From: Chiloscyllium plagiosum
Taxonomy: Eukaryota
Direction of reading: 5' to 3'
DNA: 64,000 nucleotides
Assembly (NCBI RefSeq): GCF_004010195.1
Contig: NC_057711.1
Span: forward strand, 80,191,457 to 80,255,456
The notes below the pieces were generated by a model, which searched no databases, was not told the origin of the DNA, and saw nothing but the letters and a program-made list of their open reading frames with translations. This document shows, in pieces, positions 36,919 through 49,778 of this stretch. The translations under genes and the position numbers were made by a program. Each line of letters starts with the position of its first letter. The stretch's first letter is position 1.

Positions 36919-38400
36919 CTGGTGGAGGGGATGGTCCAGATGAGGGGCATCCTTTTCTCATAGGATTGACAGAGGAGGCCACAACAGCCTGCTGTGAGGT
37001 CACTACCCACGTTAGTACGATCTCAGTTGAGGAGGAACAACCAACGATGTGTAAGAAGTACAATGACCTTCTTCACTCTGTTGGTTTAAGTGCCACACTC
37101 TTCTCTCTGCTACCTTGCACTCATCCTATTACTGCTCCTGCACCAACAATCATGTTCCGTCAGTTTCACTATTGTCTGCAATGTCTTCACTTAGTTCCCC
37201 CAACTTCCCACAGCACCAGCCCTGCATGGCCTCTGCGAATATGCCTTGACCTCACTTCCTTGAGATACCTTGCCATCTTTGGCCCACCTACACCAGGACT
37301 AACAGCTGTAAGCCTCCCATTGCCCTGTTCAGTTCATTCAATCCCTCCCATTCTCTGTGCCGGGGAAAGCAGCCCACAGTAGGGCAAAAAGGACCAGGAT
37401 GGATGGAGACCTGCCTGACATCAGACTCCACAGCCCCAATGAGGAGAGAATCTTGGCCTTGGAAGGAGAAGACCAGGAATAATTCCGCAGCGATACCAAG
37501 ACATTCATGACCTGCCAATTACCACCTCATGGGGAAAGTGAGGACTGTCGATGCTGGAGATCAGAGTTGAGAATGTGGTGCTGGAAAAGCACTGCAGGTC
37601 AGGCAGCATCTGAGGAGCAGGAGAATTGATGTTTCGGGCAAAAGTCCTTCATCAGGAATTATCACTCCATTGCAACCCTCACTATCCCTGTAACCCTGTT
37701 GTTGGTGCATATCACTTCTAACCACTGGATGTGATGCCTTCTCTTTCTTACCTTGCTGGCATCAGTGGGGTATTTACTACCTCAGCTCCATCAGAAGCTG
37801 CCTCCACAACCACTGAGGATGAGAGTACTGAGGTCTCAGAGGAAATAGCAGCAAGGATGCCTCCTGCACTAGCTTAGTTACTGATACCTTGTTGGGAACA
37901 TCAGGTTTAGAGTGTTTGTGAGTGCATTTTGGTGAGCACCACATCGTGACACCTCCATGGCTGACCGAGGAAGGAACACACAGGCTGCAGTTACTCAGAA
38001 GACTACTTGAGACCAGGTCCCCGCTCACCTCCAGGCAGGACAGGACCCAGTGGTATTGTCAGTCAGGGGCTTCCTCCACATGCAAAGGGAGGAACAGGAA
38101 CAGCAGTCAGGAATGTGGGATGCAATGGACCTCATCGCCCAGAAGCTGCAGGAATGCACCTAAGCTCCGGGGACCCAGGTTCCTCAAGTATGCAATCGTC
38201 TGGCTGCTGCCATGGGGAGCTAGGCCCAACAGCTTCAGAGTCTGCTGGAGAGGTGCACATGCCTGGCTACTGCCACTGGCCCTGAAAACTGAAAGCACTG
38301 CCACTGGGGTTGGGGAATCTGGCACTCACTCCGTGAGTCCCATCTTCACAAGGAGAAAGGATGATACTAGAAGGCACCAAGCTGAAGACTGAACCACACA
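36917..38400 (+). pseudogene. Harbinger-type Myb/SANT DNA-binding gene remnant (multi-exon)
   Basis: VLVEGMVQMRGILF..ACCEVTTHVSTIS..MCKKYNDLL (36917-37080), pyrimidine-rich intron-like stretch, then AHSRAKRTRMDGDLPDIRLHSPNEERILAL (37370-37460). Confidence 0.72.
37530..37660 (-). repeat. Penelope terminal-repeat fragment inserted in the Myb remnant
   Basis: GGGAAAGTGAGGACTGTCGATGCTGGAGATCAGAG...CCTTCATCAGGAA; homologous to 41094-41221. Confidence 0.85.
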
Positions 38401-38809
38401 CCATCACTCCTGCCTGTGCAGCAGATGTGTGAATACTCAGAATGAGAACACTTGACAGAATGTCTGACCGTAGCCTATCCCTGGACTGGTATTGGAGGCT
38501 GCAGTTCACTTCATGTTCAATGTAAGCTGTTGGCACATGGTGCACGTGTGAGTTTGATGTAGCACTCTTACAACATTCTGCAAAATGTTCAGCCCATTGT
38601 CTGAGGACTGTTGACCAGCACGGCATGCTGTCTGGTTGTGTGACTGCACTAATTGGCACTGCAAGACAAAACAATGTAACATAATGCAATGCAATGGAAG
38701 GCAAGGCATGAATGTTGCAAGCAGACAGGTAAGTGTGAAGTGAGAGAGTACTATGAGAACAGGCAGTGTATTCCAGACCCTAAACACTTGATCAGTTAAA
38801 AAAAATCAC

Positions 38810-40990
38810 GTCATTCAGCCTATCATGTTTGCATTGACTTTGAGCATTTTGGCCTAGTGGCTAACAGCTGGCTTTTCCCCATACCCTGCATGTTGTTTCA
38901 CCACCCAGTATCTTCTTGAAAGCATCAACCTAACCTGCCCCCATCACGCTTTCAACAATGTAGTTCAAACCCTGACCACTTAACAATATGAAATTCCTTC
39001 TTATGCAAAACACTTTAAAACTGTGTCCTTTGGTTTTTGAACCTTTAAGAAAAGAAAGCACCTCTCTCTAGCCACTTTGTCCACACCAGTCATGATTTTG
39101 AAAACTTCTGTTAAATCTCCCCTCAGCCTTCTTCTCCCCGTTCTTCATCTAGCCCCATAACTGAACTGTCTCATCCCTGCAACCATTCTTGTACATTTCA
39201 TTAGAATTCTCTCCAAAGTGTGACATCCAGAATTGTACACAATATTCCAGCTTAGTTCTAATAATGCACTATCCATGTTTAGCATAAGCTCCTTGTTCTT
39301 GTACTTTATGCCCCTATTAATAAAGGCCAGAATACTGTACGCTTACTCTACCTGTACCGTCACCTTTAATGAGTTATGCACATGTACATCCAGATCTCTT
39401 TGTTCCTTGCCCCTTTCAGAATACTACCTCTTTTTTCATACTATCTCCTTATGTTCTTTGTACTAAAGTGCATGACCTGACACTTTTCTGTATTGAACTT
39501 CATCTGCCACCTACCTGTTCACTCCACTAACTTGTCAACATCTTTTTGAAGTTCTACACTGACTTCCACACTGTTTACAATTGTGTCACCCATAAACTTT
39601 GAAATTGTGCCCTAGATCAGGAAAACAATTGTTCCAATATAAACCCTTGGGTATTCCAGGACAAACCTTCCTTCAGCCCCCAAAATATCCATTGACCATT
39701 GCTCTCTGTTTCCTATCACTCAGCCAGTTTTGTGTCCATTTTGCTATTGTCCCTTTTATTCCACCAATTATCACTGTGTGTTGTGTAGTACAGTATCAAA
39801 CATCTTCTGAAAGTCCATGTACAGGGGTACACCACATTAACAGCCATGACCTCATCAACTCTCTTTATGGGCCTCTTCAAAACTCTTTAGCAAGTTAGGT
39901 GAACATCAATTTCTCCTTAACAAATCCATTTTGCCTCTTCCAAATTAATTAAGCTATATTTTTCCAAGTGACAACAAAGGCCATCCTGAATTTTATTTTA
40001 TAGAAGCTTTCCACCTTTGAAGTTAAACTAACTGGTCTGTAAATGCTGGACCTATGTTTTCAAAGATTTTTGAACAAGAGCATGATATTTGCAATTCTCC
40101 AATCCTTCAGCGTCACCCTGGAATATAAGTAAGAGTGAAAGATTATTACCAGTGCCTCCACAATATCCGCTTTAACTTCCTTTAATATCCTTAACTGCAT
40201 TAAGATCTGTCCTTGTGTCTTTTGCTTTCTGCCTCCCTGAGTAAATTTGCTTTTTGGTCCCTAATGGCCCCTATAGCTCCCTTACCACCCTTTTATAACT
40301 GACGCACGTTGAAGAATTTCAGATTTCCTTTTTTGTTAGTTGCCATTCTTTATTCATTATCTCTCTTTGTTTCTCATAATTGCTTTTTGACTGCTCTTCT
40401 GTATTTTCTGGTTCTCAAGTGAATTTACTACCTGACACCTGTCATAATCATACTTTTTCCCCCTTAACTTCATTTCTATATCATTTGTGATGCAGAAGGC
40501 CCAGGATTTATTTATTCCAACTTTCCCTTTTGAGGGACTATATTTTGACTGAATTTGATCCATCTAGTGTTTGCAGATATCCTATTGTTCAGCTCCTGTT
40601 TTTCCCTTTAGTATATGTCACGCTCCATTCTTCACCCATTGGAGTCAGCCCTCTTTCTCAGTTGATTATTCTTAGTCTGGATTGATCAATGTTAAAGTCT
40701 CCACTGTAATCCTAAATCTTATGATACAATGATCACTGTCACCAAAATGATCTGTGTCTGTCACTTGGTTTATTTGACCCACCGCATTCTGAAGAAACAA
40801 TTCCAGTAGTACAACTTTTCTTTTGGACTGAACACACATTACTGAAGGAGATTGTTTTGAACACAATGTTGAAACACTTATCCATTTCTGCTCCTTACAT
40901 TACCACTGTCCCAGTCTGTATAAGTTATTAAAGTCCTGCATTTTAGTAACTCAATGATGTTTCCACCTCTCTGTAATTTCCTTGCAGATT
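38810..40990 (-). mobile_element. Old CR1 LINE ORF2 (endonuclease to 3' end, multiply deleted)
   Basis: ORF 40672-40866 contains DHFGDSDHCIIRFRI (APE end); RT C-terminal LEYCVQFW-like sequence near 39225-39250. Confidence 0.78.
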
Positions 40991-41093
40991 TGATCTGTTC
41001 ATGGTCTGCTCATTCCACCAGCCTATCTGGATCTTCTTGAAGCTATCACCCTCCTCATGGTTAATAATGTCAAACAGAACCACATATAGACAA

Positions 41094-41317
41094 GGAGAAA
41101 GTGAGGACTGCAGATGCTGGAGATCAGAGCTGAAAATGTGTTGCTGGAAAAGCGCAGCAGGTCAGGCAGCATCCAAGGAACAGGAGAATCGACGTTTCGG
41201 GCATAAGCCCTTCTTCAGGAAACATTCCTGAAGAAGGGCTTATGCCCGAATCGTCAATTCTCCTGCTCCTTGGATGCTGCCTGACCTGCTGCGCTTTTCC
41301 AGCAACACATTTTCAGC
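41094..41317. mobile_element. Young 224-bp Penelope-derived fold-back insertion
   Basis: 93-bp arms at 41129-41221 and 41225-41317 (3 mismatches by eye, 3-nt loop); perfect 14-bp TSD CCACATATAGACAA at 41080-41093 and 41318-41331. Confidence 0.93.
41191..41218 (-). ncRNA. Minimal hammerhead ribozyme core
   Basis: Reverse complement: CUGAAGA-A-GGGC(UUAU)GCCC-GAAAC-GUC. Confidence 0.72.
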
Positions 41318-41644
41318 CCACATATAGACAACCCCTGGATTATGAAAGGATCCAGTTTCTGAATATGTTCACAAGTCAAGTGATATACAAGTCGGAACAT
41401 GTTAAGTCTAAAACATATTCATTCAGAAGTATGACCAAACGTTGTCAAATCATTAAATTAATAGTAATAAACATTCTGTTTATATTTCAGATCTCCCACA
41501 TTTGCAATATTTTGCTTTATTAAATCAATTAAGAAATTATTTTAATTTTTATTTAAAAATCCAGGAAAAGTGAGCTTTAGAAATGTGTTTTGCAGATTAT
41601 AAATTCTTCAGCCAATATATCTTCAGCTGCTATACCCTAAATAC

Positions 41645-41816
41645 TAGCATTCCTTCCTAAACTTCAAATCTCTCAGTCCTCCTTTAAGATGTCCCATCAA
41701 GTTTAATTTACCTCAATACCTTGTTATGTGTTTCAGCATCAAGTTTTGTTTGATAATCTATTGTGAAGTGCTTGTGGTGAATTTACTGCATTAAAGATGC
41801 TATATGAATGTAAGTT
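41645..41816 (+). mobile_element. L2-type 3' tail
   Basis: TGTGAAGTGCTT...ATTAAAGATGCTATATGAATGTAAGTT resembles the L2/Deu-SINE shared tail. Confidence 0.6.
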
Positions 41817-42062
41817 TGATTTGATTTGATTCATACCAGTTGCATGTAACGAGGTACAATGAAGAGGATTGTCTTACATACATTAGAGGCAGATCATTCT
41901 ATACAAGTCAGTCAGGATAACAGAACAGAATGCAGAATACAATGTTACAGCTGCTGAGAAGGTGCAGAGACAGACCAACATTAAAATTTAAGAGGTCCAT
42001 TCAAAAATCTGATAAGAGTGGGGAAGAAGCTGTTCTTGAATCTGTTTGTACGTGTATTCAAA
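41816..42062 (-). mobile_element. LINE 3' end (Rex1/Babar-like)
   Basis: (TTTGA)n tail and GGGAAGAAGCTGTTCTTGAATCTG; clade assignment from recall. Confidence 0.45.
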
Positions 42063-43724
42063 ATTATTGTTGTCATAATAACCAATAATACTATTAAATA
42101 TGGTTTACATGTCTACAAAGGTATTGGTTAAATCATTGGTTGATTACGTTTCATGTTTTGTTGTTAAAAATGTTTAATTCTCTAAAGTAACAATGCACAT
42201 CAAGAACTTAACTGAACCATATGCAAAAAGAGTAATCATTTGATTTCTGTTAATTTTATTAATAGATTCTTTGGACACCTATAGATTCTCTGTAAAAAGA
42301 ACAATAAGACTATTCTGCTTGATGTTTATCACGATTACCTTCACAGGCTGGGGACACACATGGGAAGTGTTGTCAAATGAAAGAACAAGCAGCTTTCTCT
42401 GTTTTCTGTATTAAAAATCACACTTCATTTTTCATGAAATCTGATTCAGTGCACTTGTGATAGCACTCGCTGAATGTGAAATAAACAGAATTACTAATTA
42501 AACATATGCTAAATTAGTAAATGCTGGAATTAAGACATTTACTGATGGAAACATTGCTCTGTTCAGTGACCAGTATTAAGTCACCAAAGTTGAAAATCAG
42601 ATTCCTATTGTTATTATTCCCATTTTTTTTTTCAGTTGAAACTGCAATATGATTTCAAGGAATTTGTTAACAAGTTGTATTTCCCCTGTTCCTGTGAAGG
42701 GATAATGACACATCTGTTTTCAGTTTGAATTTACATATGTTACAACTATAATCTATGTCAGCCATTATTCATTGGAACAATTAGCTTTTTTTGCTGTTTG
42801 CAGAAAGACTTGTTCACATGATCACTGCTTTGCAACACTAACTTTGTATCACTGCAAACAAAACTAACTTAATGAAGGCTGTCATTTGCTGTACCAGTCA
42901 GCATATTTACAGAACGTGCTACTTTGAGTTAAAATTGTTCACAAAAATTGATTGTAGTGTGCAACATATAATTCCAATTGGCCCCTTGTAATCAAGTTAG
43001 TGATGACTGAAAATTGATAGTTCTGTGTCAGGAAATATCACATTACTAACATTGTTCTTAGCATTTTCAAAGGAATATAGATTGAATGGAGACTTTTGTC
43101 ACAATATTCAAATCATATTGAACTATGCCCACTGGTTACAAAAATAAAAACTTAATCTCAAATTGTAGTTGAAGAAATGATAGCAAACAGCTGTTAATGG
43201 TTATTTAAAAGGGATCATACAGAAGTTAATGCTTATTTAAGGAGAAAATGTAACCTTCATTAAAACCATTGGTGAGCTAAAGGGCTACTAACCCTTCTGA
43301 TAACTTATTTTGGTTTCTTTCTGCACATCAAAGAAATCTGCACAGGATGTAATACAGGCAGTGGGGACTTATGGCAGGAGTCTGATGTTGCCTCTTTTGG
43401 GGAATATCTGTTGTATAAGTCCCTCTCAGGCACTTAATTGAACAGATTTGGGTCCTACCCAAGGATAAGTCCCTAGTGATGGAAATCCCAACTACTGAGA
43501 TTTGCCAGCTTTATTCAATGATAGCACCAGTGGGAAGATGGTAGTTGCTGCCAGTCCCCCACACACCCAAAGCCTTGTCATCCAAGTGCTGACTGGTGAG
43601 GTAATTGCTGGGTAAGTATCCCAGGTTGAATGGGAGGAGGGGGTTGGCAGCAATGGAAAGGGGTTGGCTTTCAGTAGGCTCCCCAATTCTGCCATATTTC
43701 CTGAAATAGCCCACTGCTGGAATG

Positions 43725-44113
43725 AAAGGTCACAGCTTTAGGCTAAGGCTGGCAGATTTAAAACTGAAATGAGGAGGAAAATTAATTCTCTGGAAGGTTT
43801 GTAAATGTGTGCAATTCACTATCCCAGGTATCAATGGACAATAAGGCACTTGATACATTTAAGAATAGAAATATTTTTAATTATTTATAGGTCAAGGGAT
43901 TATGGAAGGTGGGCAGGAAAGTGGAATTGAGGCCAGGATAATATCAGCCATGATCATATCATGGAGCAGGCTCCAGGAGTCGATTTGACCACGCTTGCTC
44001 CTGGTCAAAAAGTGTGGTGCTGGAAAAGCAGAGCGGGTCAGATAGCATCTGAGGAGCAGGAGAATTGATGTTTCAGACATAAGCCCTTCATCTTATGTTC
44101 TATGTTCTTATGT
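43725..44113 (+). mobile_element. Old CR1 3' end with a Penelope repeat fragment (minus, 44005-44092) in its tail
   Basis: GGTCACAGCTTTAGG..TTTAAAACTGAAATGAGGAGG; TTATGTTC-repeat tail resumes at 44093. Confidence 0.75.
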
Positions 44114-45527
44114 TACCCTAAAACTAGGTCCTTTATCAGATACAGAATGCCTTGAATGAGGGATCCATCTTGGGAGTTTACAAGTAGTATCTCATGGATA
44201 TTATAGTTGAACTACCTTCACAATGGCATTATGTGTCACTCCCCCACACCCCTAATGATGGATTGAGATCCTTTGGTGTCCTTAAAAGTGGATCAGAGAA
44301 GTGTCATGAGGTTCTTGAGGAATTGGCAAATATTGGACGTCCATAGAAAAGGGTGCATCCAGCTGGTGCGTATATCAAGCCTTGAAATATTGCTTTGTGC
44401 TGAGCAACATAAAGGGTCTTCATAGCCAGTATTGAACTCAGGTTGCCAGGTACCTGCTCCGGCAACCATTTCAAGAATGGTTACTGTCCAGTTTGATCGT
44501 GGCAGCTGTGATGATAGGAAACCACACGTTAATGAGGTGAGATATGGAGTTAACAAAATCATTAATAAATAATAACCTCCCCTACTAGACATCTCGATGC
44601 TGCTTAATGAAAGTCTCACCTCAACCACCAACCCCCACTGTAACTTTGTCAAAAGGAGCTGAAGTTGCTCCCAATATTGAGATAGGCATCACTGGGCTTA
44701 TGGCATGATTCTGCCATATTTCCCTGCAAAGCGTACACCATTCAATCTCCTATAAGATTCCGCCTTAGTTCACCCTGTGAATTTAGAAACAATAGTGGAG
44801 AGGAAATACTGACCGAACATATATTCTCTAAGATAGGAGCCCTGAAGCATAAGTCTGCTATTTGAAATGAGGTACTTATTTTCAATGGGTGAGCACTTCC
44901 ATTGCACTTGTGACAAAGTACTTGTGGACAAAGTACATGGTCATTGCTAGGTTCCTAAGAGGTAAATGGAAAATAACATGCTTATGGTAGAGAAGCAGCA
45001 GAGAGGTAATCGTGTGTTATAAAGAAAAGTTAAATCAAATGTTAATTGTCACTAGCAGATGCTCTATAATAGAAAACACTGTAATCTATAGATTACAACA
45101 CATAAAATATGGCTGTATCGGTAAAACGATTAGTCTGAGGGTTAAAAGCTATTTCCAGTGGCTTAAGAAAGCCAATGCACTGTTCCTTTCCAGGGTTATG
45201 TCCCTAAGCTCTATACCAAGACTATGACCTTGTCTGTGTTTTTATTGGCAAACTCTTTGGTCCTCAGAGTCATAGATTTGTCCATATGATTGTTAGCTGT
45301 GGCTTTTTTATGACCATGCTCTTAGGAATGTAAACACTTTAGATTGTTCCATTATAATGAATTATATTGCAGATATAGTTTTCATGCTCCAGAAAGCCTC
45401 TTGTGGATCTTAGAAGCTTTATCCTATGTTTCTCTGCACTTTACATAGTTGCATTAATGTACAGATCATAAGCAATAGACAGAAAACAAAAGGCAAAGTT
45501 TTACACCAGTTTTCCATTATAACTGAG

Positions 45528-45782
45528 ATCACATTCTCCCCATGTCTGCATGGGTTTCCTTCAGGTGCTCCGCTTTCCCCCCAAAATCCAAAGATGTGCA
45601 GGTTAGGTGAATTGGCCATGCTAAATTGTCCATAGGGTTCAGGGACGTGTAGGTTAGGTGTGTTAGTCAGGGGTAAATGTAGAACAATAGGATAGCGAAA
45701 TGAGTCTGAAGGGTTACTCTTCAGAGGGTTTGTTTGGACTTGTTGGGCTGAAGAAGCTGTTTCCACACTGTAGGGATTCTAT
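45528..45782 (+). mobile_element. 5'-truncated HE1-type SINE
   Basis: CACATTCTCCCCATGTCTGCATGGGTTTCC...CACTGTAGGGATTCTA. Confidence 0.88.
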
Positions 45783-45999
45783 AAAGAAAACTTCAGTGCT
45801 ATCCTGTGCTGTAGGATTTGGCCTTTCATTTAACTTTCTCATGTTAAAGGCAAATTTTGATCTGAAAAATCCAACATCCTTCTGAAATACATGTGCTCCC
45901 ACTTTCTGGGAGGAAGTACCAAAGTTACTGAAATCTTAATCACAGTATGAGTATGTGAGGCTCTAGCCTTGTGCCTAAGTTCTTCAAATTAATTATTGA

Positions 46000-46550
46000 A
46001 TTTTGGAATATTGCATGCAATTCTGGTCTCCTTCCTATCAGAAGGATGTTGTGAAACTTGAAAGGGTTCAGAAAAGATTTACAAGGATGTTGCCAGGGTT
46101 GGAGGATTTGAGCTATAGGGAGAGGCTGAGCAGGCTGGGGCTGTTTTCTCTGGAGCTTCAGAGACTGAGAGGTGACCTTAGAGAGATTTATAAAATCATG
46201 AGGGGCATGGATAGGCTAAATAGACAAAGTCTTTGCCCTGGGGTGGGTGAGTCTAGAACTAGAGGGTGTAAGTTTAGGATGAGAGGGGAAAGATATAAAA
46301 GAGACCTAAGGGGCAATTTTTTCACACAGATGTATGGAATGAGCTGCCAGAGGAAGTGGAGGAGGCTGGTACAAATTGCAACATTTAAAAGGCATCTAGA
46401 TGGATATATGAATAGGAAGGGTTTAGAGGTATATGGGCTGGATGCTGGCAGGGGGGACTAGATTGGGTTGAGATATCTAGTTGGCGTGGATGAGTTGGAC
46501 CGAAGGGTCTGTTTCTGTGCTGTATGGCTCTATGACTCTATGACTCTATG
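46000..46550 (+). mobile_element. CR1/HER1 LINE 3' end
   Basis: ORF 46003-46461: EYCMQFWSPSY..LERVQKRFTRMLPGL..RLRGDL; (CTATGACT)n tail. Confidence 0.94.
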
Positions 46551-48997
46551 TCAAGCTCATTTGGAAAGGAGTAAAAACTAAGGTTGCTAGGGTTTCATGA
46601 AGCCTGGAGTATGCACTGTCAGAGGTGTACCTAACAAAAATAAATTACTTTCTTGAGAGGACTGGATTTGCAACCTGTCTAGAGGATTCCAAGGAGAAGG
46701 TAGATATTGTTGTCTTTCAATATAGCCCCCTTGTAATTGATGCCTCAGGCAAGATCTATCACCCAGATATTCCTATCATGGTTACAAATAGGATTTCTGA
46801 CCCTGATTGGATTAAAAAATATACACTTACTTTTCGATGTCTTCTCCACTGGTGATTCCAGGTTGAAACCTCCAGTTGCAAATCTGTTCAGGAATTGTCA
46901 AAACTAGCAAGGAAGATCTTGATAGAAACCATTGCCACTTTTGTGGCAGTCACTGTTTCATGTTCTATGATTTAGATGTTGAGTGGCAGTCAACAAGAGG
47001 CTTTCTGGAGCATGAAAACTATGAAAAGGTAAATATGTAAAATAAGTATGGGGTTAAGATGATTGTTGGTTGGCAAGCTGGTGTGCAAGATGAGCGAAAT
47101 GTGTAGTGTGCAAGGTGGGTCAGATGCCAGGTGGGTGTGATGGATAGAGTGCCAAACAGAAGGGCGCCAGATGGATTGTGTATCAGACAGGGAGGAAGTC
47201 ATGGTCCAGATACGTGAATGAGTGCTTATTGTAGATTAGAGGGCAGGGTTGGTGGGGCAGCGCGAGTCTGTAATTTCAAAATACTTTCACTGGCCTTAAT
47301 CTCCTATGTAATGTCATTGAACATTTTGCAACATTGTACCCAGATCTTGGGGACTATGCTGTTGGAATGTCTGCACTGGCTATTTCATTGCACTGCCTTT
47401 ACAACATTGGTCTGGAGGAAGTCCAGTAAACTTCAGGTTTCCCTGTAGATTAGATGTCTCTGTTCCCTTCACCACCAAGGACACCAGTGCAATATCAGAG
47501 AACATTGGAGCGTGGTGTCTCACGTTTTGTGCCATTCTTCTGTCCTACTCAGGTAAGATGTAGTATTAGAATGACATCCAGCACATGCTGCAGTCAAAAT
47601 GCCTTCCCCTTGAAGAAGCGCACATTGGCTTCAAGCTGGTCTGAGCTAATGCTAGCTTCTCACAATGTTCCTAACCATGCTCAGGCTTGCAAACAATCAA
47701 TAGTGTATTTGTGCTGACTGCACTGAGCATCATGCAAATGGAGAGGGCACTGAATTTGACATGCTACCTGATATAAAAGGAACTGGTGTGGGTTAATTGC
47801 ATATTGTGATTGCTGTACCTGTTTATTGGGTCAACACCATTTTGCCCCAGAGAGTATATGGGTTCAGTCTTTAAATGAAAGATGAATTCTATACTCCAGA
47901 CATTGCTGAGTACCACTGGATTGGGAGAGGAAAAACAGGAAGGAATTTTATTTTGCAATTGTAAACTCTTGGATATGGTGATCATTTCAAATTTGCCCAA
48001 TAGAAACTGCAGCTCAGTTTTCTCCTCACTGCTAATGTACTTATTTTAACTTCTCTTCATTCTCTATTCAGAAGAATTCACTGAAGGCCCTCTGCTGAAG
48101 AAAAGAAGTTGATGTCGGAAACCCCTTCACTGTTTGGAATGTACTATAATAAATTACCTAAACAGAAAGAAGGTGTTATCTAATATGAGGAAACATCTCA
48201 GAGCTTTTCACAATTTTACAGCAAAGGGTTTTAAAATAAAATGTCCCTGAAAATGGTTGCATTTCACCTTGTACCAAATGTAGTCTGTGGTTGGGGCAAG
48301 AACTGGAAATAATAAGGAGCAAAGACAAAATGGTTTTGGGAATGTAATAATGCCACCTCACCCTAATTAGCCTCATTAATGAAGTTCATGATTGTTTCCG
48401 GTGTTGTCTCGCCACTTGAAAACTGGAATAATGAGAAACATTGCCAGAAGTCAGTTAATTTCATTTCATACATGTTTTTGTCCTGCTACTAACCTGTTTG
48501 AAGCACAAATAAGAACAAAGGACACAAAAATTACTCTTATGTCTTGATAGGTGGAGGACTAGGGACTCAATGTTCACAATATGGTGCTAAAGGAAGTTTA
48601 ACTATGGCCAAAAATACACTTTTGAGCTTCTTTGTTTCAGGTACATAATGACGAGGTGATAGATCCTATCAGGAGATAATGTTTGAGCAATGAAACAGAT
48701 AGAAAAAATAATTTGACATCTTCACAATGCAGAAAATTGACAATAATAATTGATTGCCAATTGGTTATTTTAATTAAATTATAGACATACAAATGTTCAG
48801 GTTAGATATTGTTTGGCATCACAATTTTCACAATTCTGACACCAGCATGACTGTTGTTGAAGAACTGAAGTGGAAAATCAGCATACTGAATATGGTAAAA
48901 ATATTGATAACCCTGGATTTTAAATAATATTTTTATTACATTTGCATTGCATGATAATATTGGCTAAGTCAAAAGGCAACATGGAGTTCACTATCAA

Positions 48998-49128
48998 TTC
49001 TGAAGAAAAGTCATTGAATCCATAGCACTGGCTCTGCTTTCTCTCCACAGGTACTGCCAGACCTGCTGAGTTTCTCCAACTGTTTCTATTTTCGTTTCAG
49101 ACTTCTAGCATCTGAAGTTCTTTGTTTT
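48998..49128 (+). repeat. Old Penelope terminal-repeat fragment
   Basis: TTCTGAAGAA...CTCTCCACAGGTACTGCCAGACCTGCTGAGTTTCTCCA; homologous to 26440-26585. Confidence 0.7.
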
Positions 49129-49451
49129 TTGTATCTTGTTCATATTGTTAAGTTAAATAACTACAGCTGATTTTGTTACATTTTCATTTGTGAAGTGTAT
49201 GGAATGTGAGTGTCCTGATTTGAATAGTAGTGTTTCCGTCTTTTGTGCTTTTTATGGTTCCCCTCTAATATTTTTTGTCCCATAAATAAATAATCAGAGG
49301 AAGTACAAGTGGTACAAATTGCACCTTGCACAGAATTCTATGACACATTTTCTTTTCTACTAGTAAATTCAGATTATCAATCTGACTAATGTACAGTTAT
49401 TCCATGGTTGAACACTGCTTAAACAAAAATGGTGAACAAATAAATGAACAA

Positions 49452-49778
49452 AGGGACAGCATAGTGGCTCAGTGGTTAGTATTGCTGTCTCACAGCACTA
49501 GGGACTCAGGTTTGATTCAACCCTCAGGTGATTGTGTGTTGTTTACACATTCTCCCCATGTCTGTGTGGGTTTCTTCTGGGTGCTCCTGTTTCCTCACAC
49601 AGTCTAAAGATTAGCATTTTGGATGGATTGGCAATGCTGAATTGCCATATTGTCCAGGGATTGATTAGCCATGCAAAATGCAGGGGTTAGGGTAGATGGA
49701 TGGGTCTGAGTTGGATGCTCTTCGGAGGGTCAAGGTGGACTCGATGGTCCAAATGACCTGCTTCTATGTTGATTCTAA
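49452..49778 (+). mobile_element. HE1-type SINE (older)
   Basis: GTGGCTCAGTGGTTAG A box and CACATTCTCCCCATGTCTG core. Confidence 0.85.

Noticed and set aside
44293..44652. 119-aa minus-strand ORF
   Set aside because: Non-ATG start, no recognisable domain, no convincing splice signals.
48072..48111. Strong plus-strand acceptor followed by EEFTEGPLLKKRS*
   Set aside because: All frames stop quickly and no upstream partner exon was identified.
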